Positions 22,190 to 34,178 are shown, numbered from the stretch's first letter. The stretch is 38,719 nucleotides of DNA from Octopus bimaculoides (GCF_001194135.2 NC_069000.1:26614539-26653257); one strand, 5' to 3'. Notes: generated by a model not told the origin, from the sequence alone. Translations and numbers: made by a program.

Positions 22190-23420
22190 GTTAAAGATTC
22201 AATGCAAATCAGTCAGGTAATAATTTTTGAAAGGTAATCTAATTACATATGTATTTTGTATGTAATCACAAATTACATATGAAAAGCTTTTAGTCATCAA
22301 AATACATTCCATCATATTTAATTGTCTATTGCCATCATTGTACAAGAAGCTCAATTGCACACTTTTACCATTTGGTAAACTCACTGCACCTGTTTTCAGC
22401 CTCATCCACATTGTTGAACCTTTGCCTGTGCAGAAATTTACTATGGCTTGGAAACGGTGGTAATTTGATGGTGCAAAGTCCTGAGTGTATGCAGGGTGAG
22501 GCAGTACTTCCAACTCCTCAAGTTTGTGCTTGATTATATTGGCAGTGTGTGCTGGGGCAACGTCATGTCATGAGAAAGCACATCTTTGATTGACCAATGG
22601 CAAGTAGTTGGCTTTCAAAACATCATATACTCACTGCAGTTGTTGAGCATAAAGGTTAGCATTCGGAGCACGACCATCTTGGGCAAGTTCAAAGGGTAAC
22701 ACCCCATCAAAATTCCACCAAACATACAACATGATCTTCTCTTCAAACTGCCCCTTTTTGACAACTGGTTCTGAAGCCTGACCAGAACAAATTCACTGAT
22801 TTCTCATATTAGGATTATGAAAACAGATCTATTTTTCATTCCCACTTATAATTCGATGCCAAAATCAGGCATCTCAAAGATTTGCAGATGTTCACATGTT
22901 TTTGAGTCAGGTTATTGATTAGTTCATGAGCTTCTTAACAGTGTCTGTTCACAAGGTCAAGTTTATGTCAGTGTTGATTGATGGTACTTTGTGAAGAACT
23001 ATGTTCTGTCATTAACATACAAGTGCTTGTGATTGGCTGTTGTTTAACCATTTCAAGCAAGACCTCATCTTCCATAACAGAAGGTTTCCTTGACCTTGGT
23101 TTGTTTTTGAGGGTGGTGTCACCTTTCTTGAAACATCTGAACCAATTTTGTGTCACATGTTCATTGACAGTTTGTGAACCTTCCACATAATTTCTTTTGC
23201 TGCTGCCCTTGCACTCAGTCTTTTGGCTTTAATTGCAATTTTTTCACCACTTATTATCAAAGAAGTAAAATAAAGAATAATCAACTAATGTTTATGTTAT
23301 AAATGAAAATGAAGAATAATCAATTCAGTAACAATTAGACAAGTTGTATCAAATTAATGATATAACAAGTTATCAAAAATCATCTGTGAACATCTGAAAA
23401 AACTCTTAACTCAACCTGCT
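22190..23420 (-). mobile_element. Decayed mariner; boundaries approximate
   Basis: ORF pieces QNWFRCFKKGDTTLKNKPRSRKP (22968-23186) and EVLPHPAYTQDFAPSNYHRF (22199-22513). TIR-like CAGGTTGAGTTAAGAG at ~23418; the other TIR is not clean. Confidence 0.8.
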
Positions 23421-23529
23421 ACATGAGCTTTATAGAGACTTTAGCAACTGTTGGAAGCTGAAGTATTTTCTAGCTCTAAAGAAAAAGACCTGTAGCAGTT
23501 TTTGCTACATAATTGAAGATCACCTGGAG

Positions 23530-24030
23530 AGATCATAATTGATTGTAAGTCGTTTTATTTTTTGAGACTTCATGGGTTTCAGTTCTGTGTTGGCTATGAC
23601 TAGAGGTAGCAAGTCACAAGCTTTATATACACAGTGATTGAGTCTTTGCATCATTGAAATAGACAGAATCAATATGACCTTACTGGAGAATGTTTTGGAG
23701 GCCTCCATTCACAGAAGCATGACAAGTTTGGTGTATCTAGGTTGCATATAGATGACGATTGTTTTACAAAAACTAACAAGGAATGATGAGTTGTATATTG
23801 TGTATTTTCTGCATTATTGAAGTGATAGTAAGTTGTTGAGGTACATGAAGAAGTGAGTAGATTGTAAAGAGTTCCATCAGCACATACTAACATACTACAA
23901 TGGTGTGATCTGACAAGAAGCTCCCAGTTTGAGAGTGGATTAGAGACAACAGGCAATTTAACTGGAGGATTTGTAGGCCAGACAAGATTTATTTTCAGTC
24001 GCAATATCTCAGTTTGGTGTCCTGATGTTT
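23530..24030 (-). mobile_element. Highly decayed CR1/L2-like LINE 3' fragment
   Basis: Faint C-terminal motifs (PR..MLWN.LP.H-like after frameshift). Weak by-eye similarity only. Confidence 0.3.
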
Positions 24031-24263
24031 CATTTAGATATCCTGTTCTTCCTCTTCCTGATTCTTATATTTTCTGTCATTGTGCAGTGCCTTATTTAAT
24101 TCTCCTAATATTTCCTTTCATTTCCAAAATATTTATTCTAGTCTTTATATCTTTTTCTACACTTTATTTGAAGATATTTCAGTTAATTTCTTAACCTTTA
24201 CTTGTTTAATATTTTCCTCATTATATTTTATTAGTTATCTTGCATTTCTGTTCTCTTTTACAG

Positions 24264-24455
24264 TGTGAAAGTGGGATTAACTATGCTGAGATAAATCTGA
24301 GCAAGTTGGGATCTTTTGCAGTGAGCTGTATTCCCAGAACAGAACAATTTCAGTTGACCTCCAGTGGTTGTCTTTATTATTCACGTCTTTCCCGTTATAT
24401 CAGTGTACGCTGTCCTAGGACGAGTATTGATGGAACATTAAACTGTACATTACAG
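24264..24455 (+). CDS. Exon B of ZU5-ZU5-UPA gene; start of ZU5 #2
   Basis: TTCTCTTTTACAG acceptor, CAG/GTAATA donor, 192 nt, phase 0-0. CESGINYAEINLSKLGSFAVSC..SSGCLYYSRLSRYISVRCPRTSIDGTLNCTLQ. Confidence 0.88.
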
Positions 24456-24620
24456 GTAATATGTTGTTTCTTTCGCAACAGTTCAACAGTTGACATGATT
24501 AGTTGAAGGGAAAGGTGAAGAGTGAAAGAAAAAGGAGAGAGAAAAAGAGGGTAAGGTGAAGAGTCAGAGAGAAAGAGGGAGAGTACTGTGTATCAAGTCT
24601 AAAAAATTGTGCATAAAGTA

Positions 24621-25975
24621 TCATCATCATCATCATCATTGTCATCGTTTAATGTCCGCTTTCCATGCTGGCATGGGTTGGACAATTTGACTGAGGACTG
24701 GTGAACCAGATGGCTGCACCAGGCTCCAATCTGATCTGGCAGAGTTTCTACAGCTGGATGCCCTTCCTAACGCCAACCACTCTGAGAGTGTAGTGGGCCT
24801 GTCAGGTGGTACTGGCAACGACCATGCTCAAATGGTATCTTTTATGTGCCACCTGCACGGGAGCCAGTCCAGCGGCACTGGCAACAACCTCACTCAAATA
24901 TTTTTTCACATGCCACCAGCACAAGTGCCAGTAAGGCAACGCTGGTAACGATCATGCTCGAATGGTGCTTTTTACGTACCACTGGTACGGAAGCCAGTCA
25001 ACTGTTCTGGCAACGATCATGCTCAGATGGTGCTCTTAGCACTCCATTAGCACAGATGCCAGTCATCGAATTTGATTTTGATTTCACTTGCCTCAACAGG
25101 TCTTCGCAAGCAGAGTTTAGTGTCCAATGAAGGAAAGGTATGCATAAGTGGACTGGTTATACCCCTGGCATAGGCCACATGTTATGGTCGCACTTGGCTT
25201 GCCACGTCTTCTCAAGCACAGCATATTTCCAAAGGTCTCATTCACTAGAAGGAGACGACGTTGGCATGGGTGCCAGTCGTCGAATTTAGTTCAATTTCGA
25301 TTTCACTTGCCTCAACAGGTCTTCGCAAGCGGAGTTTAGTGTCCAAGGAAGGAAGGAACGCATAAGTGGGCTGGCTACACCCCTGGCAGAAGCCTTGGAT
25401 ATAGGTCACACTTGACTTGCCGGGTTTTCTCATGCACTGCATATTTCCAAAGGTCTCTGTCAGAAGTCATTGCCTCAGTGAGGCCTAATGTTCGAAGGTC
25501 ATGCTTCACAACCTCAGCCCAGGTCTTCCTGGGTCTACCTCTTCCACAGGTTCCCTCAACCGCTAGGGTGTGGGACTTTTTCACACAGCTATCCTCATCC
25601 ATTCTTGCCTCATGACTATACCATCGCAGTCGTCTCTCTTGCACTCCACATTTGATGCTTCTTAGGTCCAACTTTTCTCTCAAGGTACTTACACTCTGTC
25701 GGGTATGCACACGGACATTACTCATCCAGCGGAGCATACTGGCTTCATTCCTTGCAAGCTTACGCATGTCCTCAGCAGTCACAACCCATGTTTCACTGCC
25801 ATGAAGCATGGCTGTTCGTACACATGCATCATACAATCTACCTTTTACTCTGAGCGAGAGGCCCTTTGTCACCAGCAGAGGTAAGAGCTCTCTGAACTTT
25901 GCCCAGGCTATTCTTATTCTAGCAGGTACACTTTCAGTGCACTCATCCCCGCTACTCACTTGGTCACCTAGGTAA
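24621..25975 (-). mobile_element. 5'-truncated RTE LINE (copy A) with duplicated ORF-end/3' UTR block
   Basis: ORF 25375-25959 (RIRIAWAKFRELLPLL..LHGSETW..RGRPRKTW) is the RTE C-terminus. (CAT)n tail at 24621. TSD ATAAAGT at 24613-24619 and 25976-25982. Confidence 0.9.
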
Positions 25976-26104
25976 ATAAAGTGTATATTTAAAGTGCATT
26001 AAGTAATCATCATATTCCAATTTCTTTCACTTTTCAGTGATTAGCAGATGAACGACTATCTTTTGATATAGACACAATGATGTTGTTATTATTGCTCCTC
26101 AAAT

Positions 26105-26136
<32 letters not shown>

Positions 26137-26159
26137 NNNNNNNNNNNNNNNNNNNNNNN
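26137..26159. other. Assembly gap (23 N) adjoining an (AC)n tract
   Basis: Read directly; the true length is unknown. Confidence 1.
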
Positions 26160-26313
26160 CTCACATGCACACATACACAATTATGAATTGTAAATACATT
26201 GTTCCCTCAGTGTATTGGAATTTGTTTTAGGCAAAAGGGTATAGATTCAAAAAAATATATATATTAAATGTCCTTTTCAAGTTATGTACAAACATATTGC
26301 TTTTTCATTTTTA

Positions 26314-27550
26314 TCAGGTTATCCCATAAGTTCTGTCCGAATTTTGAATAAAGAAAACAAGTGATAAAATTTCATATTCAATTGAAATTTAATCATCAAT
26401 GTACTTTCCCTGATTATCTATGACTTCCTTCCATCTATTTACAAGCTTTTTATTCCCATCAATGTAAAACTCTTTTGGTTTCAAAGCGAAGAACTCTGAA
26501 CTGTTTCGACCTCCTCCTGGCTTGCAAAAGTTATGTCCCCCAAATGATTCTGTAAACTACAAAACAAATGGTAGTCTGAAGGAGCAAGGTCGGGAGAATA
26601 AGGTGGATGAGGAATTTTTTCCCAACCAAGCTCTTCGATCTTCTGTTATGTGAGTGTGGGGTTGTGCATTGTCCTGATGTAACATCATTCATTTTAGATT
26701 CACTAAAGCGGGTCTTTTTTCTTCAAAACTTGGTTCAGATGCTCTAATTGCTGACAGTAGACTTGAGCATTGATTGTTGCATTAGGTGATAACAATTCAA
26801 AGTGAATTACTCCTTTGCAATCCCACCAGATAGAGAGTAGAACTTTTTTCCCCATGAAGTTCCCTTCTCAGTTGTGGCTGAGCTTTTTCCCTTTTACCAA
26901 GCTACTGTTTACGATGTTGAATATTTTGATAGAAGATCCATTTTTTGTCACCAGTCACAAGTCTATTCAAAAAGGGTGAAATGAGTTTGCGAGAATGGAG
27001 AGAAGAACAGATGTCAACTCGGGATTTGTGGTTGCTTTCGGACAATTCATGAGGCACCCATTTTCCAAGTTTAGGAACCTTTCCAAGTTGTTGAAGATGA
27101 TGATAAACAGTTGTATGGTTTGAACTAAGCTTTATTGCCAATTCTCCAACTGATAATGCAGGATTTTCATCAAGTAATGCCTCAAGGACGTCCTGTTCGA
27201 CCTTCATCTTCAAGGCTGAAATCTCCACTTCTGAATTTTGCAAACCATCTTCTCTGCAAGTTCTTTCATTCAAGCATTTTTTTCCTATAAACTGAGTGTA
27301 TGTTTCGAGTTACTTTGGCTGTAGAGTTTCCTTTTTTGTACTCATAAAGCATTATATGCCTCAAATACTCTTTGGATACTTCCATGTTAGAAATTTCAAT
27401 TCTATTTTTCTGTAAAATAATATTTAATTAGTTTAAATATACACAAATGCATAAAATAATTTTTAATTCCATTAGACATTCTAAAATGCTATTAAATTTC
27501 ATTCAATTTTAAAAAAGGTAAAATCGGACAGAACTTATGAGATGACCTAA
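26314..27550 (-). mobile_element. Full-length decayed mariner (D,D34D type)
   Basis: 27-bp TIRs TCAGGTTATCCCATAAGTTCTGTCCGA / TCGGACAGAACTTATGAGATGACCTAA (24/27), TA at 26312-26313 and 27551-27552. ORF 26902-27273 has GKWVPHEL and VTGDKKW. Confidence 0.92.
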
Positions 27551-29317
27551 TACTTTAATCAATATCTCCCTGTTCAAGGAGAAACTACTTCTAGCTGCCT
27601 CTCAGTTCAAACAAGAGTTTTAGTGGTAAACCAAACTGGGCACTCATAGCACATCACAAGAATTGATGAAAATTCCTTATATATTATATATATATATCAG
27701 GTAATATTACATCTGATGATGTTAAGTAATAGGTACATATAATTAGTGCTCAGGATGACATCCTACCTCAACTCCAACTAAAAATGCAGGGATGCTATTG
27801 CTACATAATGAAGATTGGCTATAGTCAGCATTTCGATTGAGTCGGTACATGTATAATAGAATAAAGGCTTAAACAGGCAAACAACTAGAAACAGGTCAGA
27901 TTATGACATTCATGTATTTATACATTGATAAAAATTTAGAGAAGAGATAAATCTCACAGGAGTTTAGATCACGAGAGATCCATAAAAGATCAGTTGAGAA
28001 ATGCTCATATCAATAATACAGACTTACCTTATGACTGCTCTGTGAGAATATCAGTATGTATCACAATCATTATACATTGTTAAGTACTAGAAAAATACTT
28101 CATATGAACACAGAGTGCGATAGATTACTTAGGCCAGTTTCGTAGTCTTTTACTCTGAGGAAGCAGTTTATATATTAAGCACTACAATATCAAATGCAAA
28201 CAAAATTTTTTTTATAAGTTAATATAAAACAAAATAATGGGCACAGTCAAAATATATTAAGTCCAAGCAGTATACTGAATAGGGAATTATGATAACAAAG
28301 GAATATGACAGAAAATAATCAATGAAGCAAGCCAAATGAGCACATTACAAATATCTACTATTCTATAACTCTTCCAGCTTTTTTTGCAATTTAACCTAGT
28401 GTAAATATCTCTATAAAGCTTTGGAACCTGAAAAAATATTTTTATTTGAATAATTGATAAAATAATTAATTAAGATATATTTTTCTATAGTTCAGCAATC
28501 TCCAGGGTTATTATAGTCCACAATTATTGGCACCACTGCATCTCAACTTCCATACAGAATTAGAAATGGCTGTAGCATTTCTGTTATCTTCATTTGGGAA
28601 AGTGGAAGTATGATTCAGTTAACAATTCTTGAAGTTACCTTCTGCCATAGGTAGTTTAGTGGACAGAATGCCAGCTCTGTAAATGACTGAATTAATTTTA
28701 CAACACTCGTCAAGAGAGCATAACTTTTTATTTCAATATTTGCATATTTGTCTTTGTTATTTGAGATTAGAAGCTAGACTATTTCTGATATTAGTTGTAA
28801 GGCTATAACAAACCTTAAAATAATTTCTGGTAAACAACTTTCAGAATCCATGCTTGATAGGGAAATATTTATAAAAAATAAGCAAAAAAGGTTGTTAAAC
28901 CAAAATATCAGGTTTTCTGTTCTTACAGTAGCTGCAAAGGTATAAATTTGATTTTTATCTTTGAATTCACTTTATTTTTTGTATATTTTTTATGGTGGAT
29001 GAAGTATACTAAATTAATGTAAAACCAGTATGTGTGATCAAATTTTTGTAAAGTGTTTGTCAATTATTACTGATTGGATGGTATATTTTTAGTTTGAAGT
29101 TCACATAGAATGTTTAAATGAGTACATTATTATAAAATAACTGCTGTTGATCTATCGTACAATAAATCGAATGGTCACAATTCCAAACTACATGATTGTC
29201 TTATCTTGTAAGTTATAATGGCCACCATAAAGCAAGTGCAATTTTTTTCAAATTCTGATATCTTAATCCAGATTTTAAGTTGAAAGTGCAGGTCTTATTT
29301 GACATTTGTCATTACAG

Positions 29318-29616
29318 ATGACACCCTTAACAGAAGAAATACTCACTTACTGCCAACAGAATTATTCAATACGATGTGAAGACATATTGGAATGTTCGGA
29401 AATCATAGGCATATCATGTGACCAAAAGCATTTTTTCCGGCGGCCTGTTACTCTTAAGTTGCCCTTGCCAAATGCTGAGGCTAGACCAAATAACAGGCAC
29501 CTGGATGATATTGAAGTACTAATGAAGAAATCAAGAGACAGTGAATGGATTCTTATGGAAAATGAGTACAAGTTCACCAAAAACACTGTATCTTTTGAAG
29601 TGCAATATTTAGCAAA
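29318..29616 (+). CDS. Exon C of ZU5-ZU5-UPA gene; end of ZU5 #2
   Basis: TGTCATTACAG acceptor, AAA/GTAATT donor, phase 0-2. CSEIIGISCDQKHFFRRPVTLKLPLP parallels ankyrin ZU5B (SPIVTVEP..KFHKPITMTIPVP). Confidence 0.9.
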
Positions 29617-29694
29617 GTAATTTAACAGAAATAATGACATTGTTACCGTGAAGCTACTGTAGTGGTGCTGTTTGTGGAAATCTGAAGTCTTATA

Positions 29695-29715
29695 GTGTGT
29701 GTGTGTGTGTGTGTG

Positions 29716-29747
<32 letters not shown>
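29695..29747 (+). repeat. (GT)n microsatellite, interrupted
   Basis: Read directly. Confidence 0.9.
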
Positions 29748-29750
<3 letters not shown>

Positions 29751-31244
29751 ATGCGAGTGCGTGAATACATGTGCATGTGTATGAATGCATGTATGTATAC
29801 AAAAAATGTGATGTAGTAGTTTGGAGGCCATACATAGATTTCCATTGAGCCTCTTGATATTCTTTTATTCTTTTAATTGTTTTTATTCATTGAACTGTGA
29901 TCGTACTGAGGTACTACCTTCATTGCATTAGTCATTCATATCTATTTCTGTACTAACTTCATATCTTGATTCCTTTAGTAGATTGGGAAAAGAAAGCTGC
30001 CAGCACCCACTCCTAGAACTGAACCCATGAACTTATCATCATGAGCCCAACACCCAAACTTTACATATATACATCATACTTGTGTATATACATACACATG
30101 CATACACACATATATGCACACACATATACATACATACGTACATACATACAAACTGACAGACAGACAGACACAGCTTTTGCACTCTGTTGATTGGATTGAC
30201 ATGAATGTAGATGTTGGCTTGGATGTTCAGAGTGCGCAGATATCAACTGCTAAACATGTAGTATAGATGTTGCCCCAGGTTAGCTCTAGTCCCACAGTCT
30301 TATGTCATGCAAGTAGTTAGCCGAATGATACCTCTTCACAGATATGAGAAGTTTAATCTTCACCTAGCTGGAAACCATACTGCACAATCCAACATGCAAC
30401 AAAGAATCACATGAGATACAATTGACATTGTAAACATGCTACCCACTATCCAGAGTATTTCTGCCTGTAGATTCTGGTAGTTTTCTCAGTAGAGATGGAC
30501 ATGCAAGAGTTGCTGTACCTCTCTACTTACTGTTAGTGGTGTGCATCTTAACACAATTTTATGTGCCAGTGTAAATGATGCTGTAACTGGGAGGTAGTTT
30601 TCCATAAAATGACTGGTAATTGGATTTAGACCTGTTGCAAAGATAAACTGTGCTCTCCACATATTAAGTCAGTCTTCCATTTTTTGTAATCTTGCTTCAA
30701 TTTTAAATTGTGTATAGATGTAGTCTTTGTACAACTTGTTATGATGTGTAATGTGCTAGTCCACAATGGATTTAAAGTATTGTTTGCCTACCACTTATTA
30801 TTGTTATTATATCTTTCTGCTCCTGTGATTGCTCTAAGTATGTTTATATGACACTTTGATCTCCTTATTAAATGTTTTGGAGGTATTATAAGCTAACAAG
30901 GCAGCAACTATGCAGTTGATCTGCAAGAAACTGCAGCCAAATCTTATTCATATGCTATACTAGCATTAAAAAAGCTGTAGAGGTTGGTTGGATACACATG
31001 GAGTATATACAACTGGAAAGACATGGTATGTAAATGTTAACTGAATATGTACAATATGTAGACTACACATCATATCTACAATATGTAGACATGATGTGTA
31101 GTTGTTGACTGGATATACATAGCAATGAGGGTGTAGCTTTCAACTGGACAGATATGGACTCTATTTGTTGTATGCTTATGCTTTGACATCTGTGGAAGAA
31201 ACAGGTGGCAGCAGTATTCGATTTGATTATGGTACAGAAGTATG

Positions 31245-31247
<3 letters not shown>

Positions 31248-31300
<53 letters not shown>

Positions 31301-31310
31301 GCGTGTGTGT
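31248..31310 (+). repeat. (TG)n microsatellite
   Basis: Read directly. Confidence 0.9.
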
Positions 31311-31771
31311 TTAATGATATTACCATCTTAAAGATTAAGATGACAGGCCTAACTACATTTTTAACCTCCATTGGAAAAAAAAACCATAGAAATATTTTTT
31401 AACATACTTAGGAAAACTCCAACTTCAGGCCTTCTTTTCTCTGTAATGAAACCTCACAGAATAAGAATAGTATAGATTCTAATGCATTTATGGGAATAAA
31501 GCATTGGAACTGAGATATTTCAACTATCTCAAGTAGCAATTCTACCTCACCATCTGTTTTTATTTGGCTCTATCATATCATTTAGCCAGTAGTACATTTT
31601 GTTTTCATTTATCTCTGTCCTATCCTTTAGCAACTGTTAATACTGTCTGTCTCTGTTCAGCTTAACCATCATCAATGAGTTCTGTACAATTATAATTTGC
31701 TATTTAGCTACCTTTACTTCTGGTTTTGCTCTAAACATATTGTATTCACTAAAACTAATCACTATTTGCAG

Positions 31772-32493
31772 GTATTGCGTGGCTCAGGCAGCTCCTGGTC
31801 GAAAACGAAGGTTAAAAGATGGCATGCGTGTGATAGAGGAGAAAATTGATATAGTAATCGGAACAATGGCTTTGTTTGTTCGTTTTGAAGACATGCAGTG
31901 GTGTGTTGTTGTTTCATGTCATTCTCTGAAGAATTCAAAAAAAATTGAGAACAAATGGAAAGAAAATAATTTTGTTCAGATTCAGTCAGACAAGACAAGC
32001 CAGTTCAATACCTCTGGCAAACCATTAACTTACTTCCGGTTTGATGGACCTGAGCTGAAGAACAATCAGACATGGGTGATATCAGTCAGTGGCCAGATGA
32101 AAGTTTCAGAAAATGATGAAGATGACATCCAACTGACCTACAATCAAGGTCTCATTGAGAATAACAAAATATTTTTCATACAACCACTTGGTAAGGAAGT
32201 ATACCAATTGGCAGGACAGATAAAAGTTATACCCCAAGACATATATGATGAAGAACTGAGGGTTAGACTGACTGGATCGTTTACTGTTGAGGTGTCAGCT
32301 AATGTTGTTGAGGCTTACTTGAAGAAGGCAGCGGCTATTGAAGAAATGCATCAAGAGAAGTTAAAGGAAGCTGAAACTACAATTGTTGTTACAGTACCTG
32401 TCCAGCCTGTCACTACTGTGAAACGCAAAACTACACCCAAAAGCAGCCATCTGTTCGATCTTTTATCACGTTCAGTACAGCCACCAAGATTAG
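31772..32493 (+). CDS. Exon D of ZU5-ZU5-UPA gene; UPA-like domain plus linker
   Basis: TATTTGCAG acceptor completes the AA|G Lys codon from exon C (phase 2). 240 open codons, TAG/GTAATT donor (phase 1). Beta-rich sequence in the position expected for UPA after two ZU5 domains. Confidence 0.85.
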
Positions 32494-32520
32494 GTAATTC
32501 TTCTTATTATTATTATTATG

Positions 32521-32620
32521 AAGGCAGCAAACTGGCAGAATTGTTAGCATGCTGGGCAAAATGCTTTATGGCATTTCATTCATCTTTATGTTCCGAGTTC
32601 AATTTCTGCCAAGGTCAACT
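32521..32620 (+). mobile_element. tRNA-derived SINE head fragment
   Basis: GGCAGCAAACTGGCAGAATTGTTAGCA (A-box-like) ... GAGTTCAATTTC (B-box-like) ... CCAAGGTCAACTT. Confidence 0.6.
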
Positions 32621-33670
32621 TAGAAATAATATTGGCCAAGCAGCTAGTGGTGTTGCAAAAAGTTGGCAGACTATGTATAAATTAGGTATTATTGTTCTTA
32701 ATCAGTTGTCCTCTCTTCATGGTAGCTTTTCATAATTTTCTAAGCCAAATCTCACATTGATTTCTTTAGTAAAATCATGTATTGCCTGTAGTACAATTTC
32801 CAGTTGTTTATCATTTGTACCAGTTACATCTACATCCAGTTCTATTGGGTATGTTGGTTAAAGGTGTCAATATCTGGCAGAAAATGAGAGGAAAGTGGGA
32901 GTCACCTTGGAGTAATCTTCTTTCAACTCTCTTTTGTTTGTTGCTGCAGAGCTGTTTGCCATTTATTCATGATATGTTTCATATATTTAATTATTTCTGG
33001 TGCTACCTTACTTGTGACCAGTGTTTCCTGGATCCATGTGTGGGGAATACTGTCAAAAGCCTTCCAGTTATCAATTCATGTTATGCGCAGACTCTTTTTT
33101 CTTTGATAATCTTCAGTTATGGTTTTGTGGATGAATAACTGATCTTTACAGTCATATGAGCCTTTGCAACATTCTGATTCTTGGTGATTTAGTGAGAATC
33201 TCTTGCTTTAGGCTTCTTTTATTTCAGGTACGTCTTATTTTATTATTTTATAATTCTGTAGTATTTGTGTCTCTTTCTTGTTGCTCATTAGTGTTGTTTT
33301 GTTACTAATTTCAATAAGATACTTCCTCTTATTTTCTTTTTCTGAATATTTGTTCTCCATGGTATTTGCTTGGGTTTTGATACTCCTGTTTGAGTGGATC
33401 TGAGGGAGTATCCACTTTTCAGTTGCTTTTGTCCGTAGTAAAAATTTCTATTGTTCTATTCTTGAATTATACTCATTTTTAGAATATCTTGTATTCCACT
33501 TCAGAGTTTTCCACTTCAGAATTCCACTTCAGAGTTTTCTATTTTTAGATCTACTTCATATTTCTTTTCATTTATATTTTTGTTTGTGAAGTTCTGGTTT
33601 GATATTTTTGGTCATTATTGTGCAGTTTTAGAGTTTGGTTTGTTGTTTCCTTCTTTCCTTTGCTTGTTAG
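32620..33670 (-). mobile_element. Decayed, internally deleted R4/Dong-like LINE fragment; boundaries approximate
   Basis: Minus-strand IDNWKAFDSIPHTWI..KWQT and RFGLEN pieces match the RT of copies E2/E3. Confidence 0.55.
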
Positions 33671-33792
33671 AATACCTAATAACAATATTAGTACTGAGAA
33701 TGTGAAAAAAAAAGAGATAAAACAATGATCATTATTTGTGTTTTTGTAATGTATTCTTAAGAATGTATCTTCTAAAGTTAGCTAGTAATATA

Positions 33793-34003
33793 TCTTTCTT
33801 TTATTTGTTTCAATCACTAGACTGCAGTCATGCTGGGACACCACTTTGAAGGGTGGCCGCTGTACTTATTTTATTGGCCCCAATATTTATTTTATCAACC
33901 TCACTTTGCCAAACTGCTATATCATGGGGATGTAAACAAACCAACACCAGTTGTCAAGCAATGGTGGGGGTGAATGACAATCACAAAGACACACACACAC
34001 ACA
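33793..34003 (-). mobile_element. SINE 3' portion
   Basis: Homologous to 20088-20315 (TTTGTTTCAATC..TTTGCCAAACTGCTA..CCAGTTGTCAAGCA). Confidence 0.65.
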
Positions 34004-34105
34004 TAAATATAATAATAATAATAATAATAATAATCATAATTATAAGCTTAAAGAAAATAGTCTAATATTGGAGCATATGAGCTCTTGGTGGAAAAAAGTA
34101 GGTAT

Positions 34106-34174
34106 TAGTATGCATGGGAATCAAACCTACACCTCTTATATTCGTGATAAGTGTGCTAACTGATTACACTAACC

Positions 34175-34178
<4 letters not shown>
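34106..34178 (-). pseudogene. tRNA-like cloverleaf (anticodon position CGA, non-canonical) with downstream T6
   Basis: 73 nt. D stem GTGT/GCAC, anticodon stem CTTAT/ATAAG, loop CACGAAT, T-loop TTTGATT, imperfect acceptor and T stems, TTTTTT 8 nt downstream (A6 at 34092-34097). Confidence 0.6.

Noticed and set aside
21965-22190. Possible Penelope-like RT fragment on the minus strand (FSIDVTS-L-FT)
   Set aside because: One short motif needing a frameshift; not enough to call without a search.
28491-28650. Plus-strand AG..GT-bounded block between exons B and C
   Set aside because: All three frames contain stops, and exons B and C already join in frame.
27760-28677. Minus-strand micro-exon candidates (27.76-27.85 kb ORF, AAG/GTAAGT donor at 28028, 38-nt segment 28640-28677) as partners of the 21.9-kb exon
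   Set aside because: I could not build a phase-consistent, stop-free chain; compatible with chance.
30120-30800. Faint RTE/BovB-like RT similarity on the plus strand
   Set aside because: Too degenerate to support by eye.
31740-32735. 331-aa ORF as a stand-alone gene
   Set aside because: Only 31772-32493 behaves as an exon; the start is intronic and the last 80 codons are SINE/LINE-derived.
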